A stretch of DNA of 45,658 bases from Hyphochytrium catenoides. Lineage: Eukaryota; Protista; Hyphochytriomycota. The stretch is taken from assembly GCA_900088475.1 (NCBI GenBank), contig FLMG01002269.1, positions 1 to 45,658 on the forward strand, in the 5' to 3' direction. The first letter of the stretch is position 1. The number at the start of each line of letters is the position of its first letter. Below, piece by piece: positions 43,278 through 45,658 of the stretch. Below the pieces are notes generated by a model that saw nothing but the letters and a program-made list of their open reading frames with translations, ran no database searches and had not been told where the DNA came from. A program made the translations under genes and the position numbers.

Positions 43278-45044
43278 ATGAGAAGTATGAAGAGCAACGC
43301 TTCCAACCTTCCTCCCACCTTTGTTCCTGAGTTCCACGATCCTGACGCCGTGCGTCGAATGCAATACAGGGATCTGGCTGGGACGGACATGGTCACTTCC
43401 GTCTTGGGTCTAGGTGGTTCAGCTTTGGGTGAGCGTATCTCAGCCAATCTGTGCCAACTTTGTCCAATAGTGAGCGTACGCCTTCAGACTTAGATACTAG
43501 CCACTGCTTACTCCACGTTACCGATCAACCCTGATCTGTCGGTGTGACTCTCTGATGATGCTTGCCTTAGTCGTTACAACCTTTCCTTTGCCATCTCTAT
43601 AGGTATGGTCTATGACCAAGCCCCGAAAAGTGAGGAGGAACGTATGTCAGTCGTCATTGAAGCTTTGAAGCGAGGAGTCAATGTCATTGACACAGCGCCA
43701 TGGTACGGGCAGGTACTCGGCGAGAGAGTAACCTACCAAGCGCAAAGTCCTAGCTCTCTATGCTTAACTCTTCCGCTCTCCTATGTTTGTCTCGCTGTGT
43801 CTCTCTGTCTGCTTCTCGTTCCCCTTTGGTGACTTTTTGGTGCTGATAGCTGTGCACGTCTTGCCAGGGAGAGAGTGAACGCATCTTAGGTCTGGCCTTA
43901 CAACGAGTTCCGCGCCGTGCCTATTATATCAACACTAAGGTTGGAAGATATGAGAAGGATCCCCCAAAGATGTAAGGAAGGTTGACGACACCTCCCTTAT
44001 CTTCTGTCCTACTCCTCTGCTGTCCTATTCCTCTGCCCTGTTACGTTTCCCACGAAAGTATGAAAATGAGGGATATGTATTGCCTTCCTTTTTTCATATT
44101 TACAGTCTCACCTTGGCCCTTCTCTTCGCGAAGGTTTGACTTCAGTGCCAAGAAGGTCTTGGAAAGCGTGAGCCGCAGCCTCGACCTCTTAAACGTAGAT
44201 TATTTGGACATCGTGCAGGTGAACCGCTCATCAGCCTACTTAGACATCTATATTTCTCTCTCACTCAGCCGGAGGTCTCGATGGATCTCTTCTCTGTGCA
44301 AAGAAGACAACATTAGAGCGAGATGGGTATAGATAGACGAACCGCAGCTGGTATCGCGATGGCTCACTTTAGCGTTTTCTCTAGGTTCATGACGTAGAGT
44401 TCGCTCCATCCTTGGATATTATACTAGAGGAAACCCTTCCGGCCCTCTTTCAGCTCCAGAAGCAAGGAAAGCTACGTTACATTGGAATAACGGGTTATCC
44501 CTTGGATACCCTGCATGAGCTCCTAGAACGGTCTCTCTCGACCTCCTCTGCTTCATTAGAATGTAGCGTGAACACGGTACTTTCTTACTGCCATCTGACA
44601 GCCCTCGATCAATCCCTGCTAACCTCCAAACTCATGGCGCTGGCCCTCGAGCGTGGGGTTGGGATTATAAGCGCTGCCCCTGTGGCTATGGGGCTTCTCA
44701 GCGATAGGACACCTCCTAGCTGGCACCCAGCCTCAGAGTTGGTGAAGGCATCCTGTCAGAAGGCCGTGAAGAAGGTGAAGGACACCTTTGGTCTCAGCCT
44801 GGCCGAGCTCTCTCTGAAGATGTCAATGAATTGCCAGAACATAGCCGCTACCTTGGTCTCCATGATAACCGTGGAGGAGCTGCTGCGCAATATAGATGCA
44901 GTTACTGAACTCAGTGAGATTGAAAGAGCAGCTTTGAAGGAGGCTGAAGATATATTTTTGGCTGATTTAGGCAGCAACCGTTCTTGGGAAGGGGTGGAAG
45001 TTCAAAAGTACTGGGACGCTATTCGCCAAAGCACGGAGGTTTAA
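43278..45044 (+). CDS. Aldo-keto reductase, L-galactose dehydrogenase / D-arabinose dehydrogenase-like; 5 exons
   Basis: Seen: LPPTFVPEFHDPDAVRRMQYRDL...SVLGLGGSALG | GVNVIDTAPWYGQ | GESERILGLAL..VPRRAYYINTKVGRY | FDFSAKKVLESVSRSL..YLDIVQ | VHDVEFAPSLDIILEETLPAL..GKLRYIGITGYPL..VLSYCH..MGLL..PPSWHPA. AKR tetrad D/Y/K/H is intact. Confidence 0.92.
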
Positions 45045-45658
45045 CGAAGATGAAGTTTAAACTCTAACTTGTCTAGCTTTTGCTGCATTATGACGAGGAA
45101 CCTGATTCTAATATTGTGCCATGGTATGGTAGAGTGCTCGCAGATTATCTAGGTATATACAGATGACTGCTTCCGGACTGGCAACTTTATTGTATGTACG
45201 GCGAAACTAACCACCTTCGTCTTTTTCTTTCTCAGAAAGAGTATGTCGCTTCGCTAAGCAGCCCTTTGGACTTTTACCTGCTCTCACTGACAAGCGAGGG
45301 GTTAAGAGGCAGGATGACTACAAGCCTTCGTCGCAGGTGTAGCTATTTCTTATAAAAAGACTATCTTGTCCGGTCCTACGAGGCACGACAGAGACCTTCA
45401 TCCTGGCAAGTCTTTTTATAAATCTTAACCCCTTGAAAAGTAGACGCCTTCAGACTATCAGACAGACTCTTATCTACCCCAAAGGCCCTTAAGTGTACTA
45501 GACTTGCCCATGATGAGACGCGATAGGGAAGACGGTCAGCTTTATAATAAGGCAAGCTCCAGAGCCAGGCAGGGCTGATGTATGGAGGCACCTATACTTT
45601 ATAACAACACCAGGTGATGACTGGGCTGATGGATGATGATGCTAGTTCAATGACCGAA

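Noticed and set aside
45376-45658. Minus-strand open frame after a TATAG acceptor-like site at the window edge
   Set aside because: Could be the last exon of a gene outside the window, but there is no recognisable homology to support a call.

Overview
Eukaryotic, intron-rich genomic window (GT-AG introns mostly 90-600 nt, CT/AG microsatellites, three N gaps); gene content and intron style suggest a protist, tentatively a stramenopile (inference only). Seven spliced protein-coding genes were reconstructed by eye: a Slo/BK-family K+ channel (+), cytosolic methionine aminopeptidase 1 (-), an LPCAT-type lysophospholipid acyltransferase with four EF-hands (+), a small bacterial-type CoA-binding (YccU-like) protein (-), a ~21 kb SPIRRIG/LvsA/WDFY3-type BEACH-WD40 gene (-), a CLC chloride channel with CBS domains (+), and an L-galactose-dehydrogenase-like aldo-keto reductase (+). 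No tRNA, rRNA, CRISPR array or intact mobile element was seen. The most notable observation is a complete C3HC4 RING finger, split over three exons and so invisible in the ORF track, inserted inside the ConA-like domain of the BEACH protein, suggesting a BEACH scaffold with its own E3-ligase module. Other oddities: a CLC with channel-type Val plus a non-canonical GVVTP motif, a Slo channel with a charged S4 but no Ca-bowl, and a duplicated splice acceptor in which one copy has lost its branch point. Exon borders are manual and 5' ends are uncertain.
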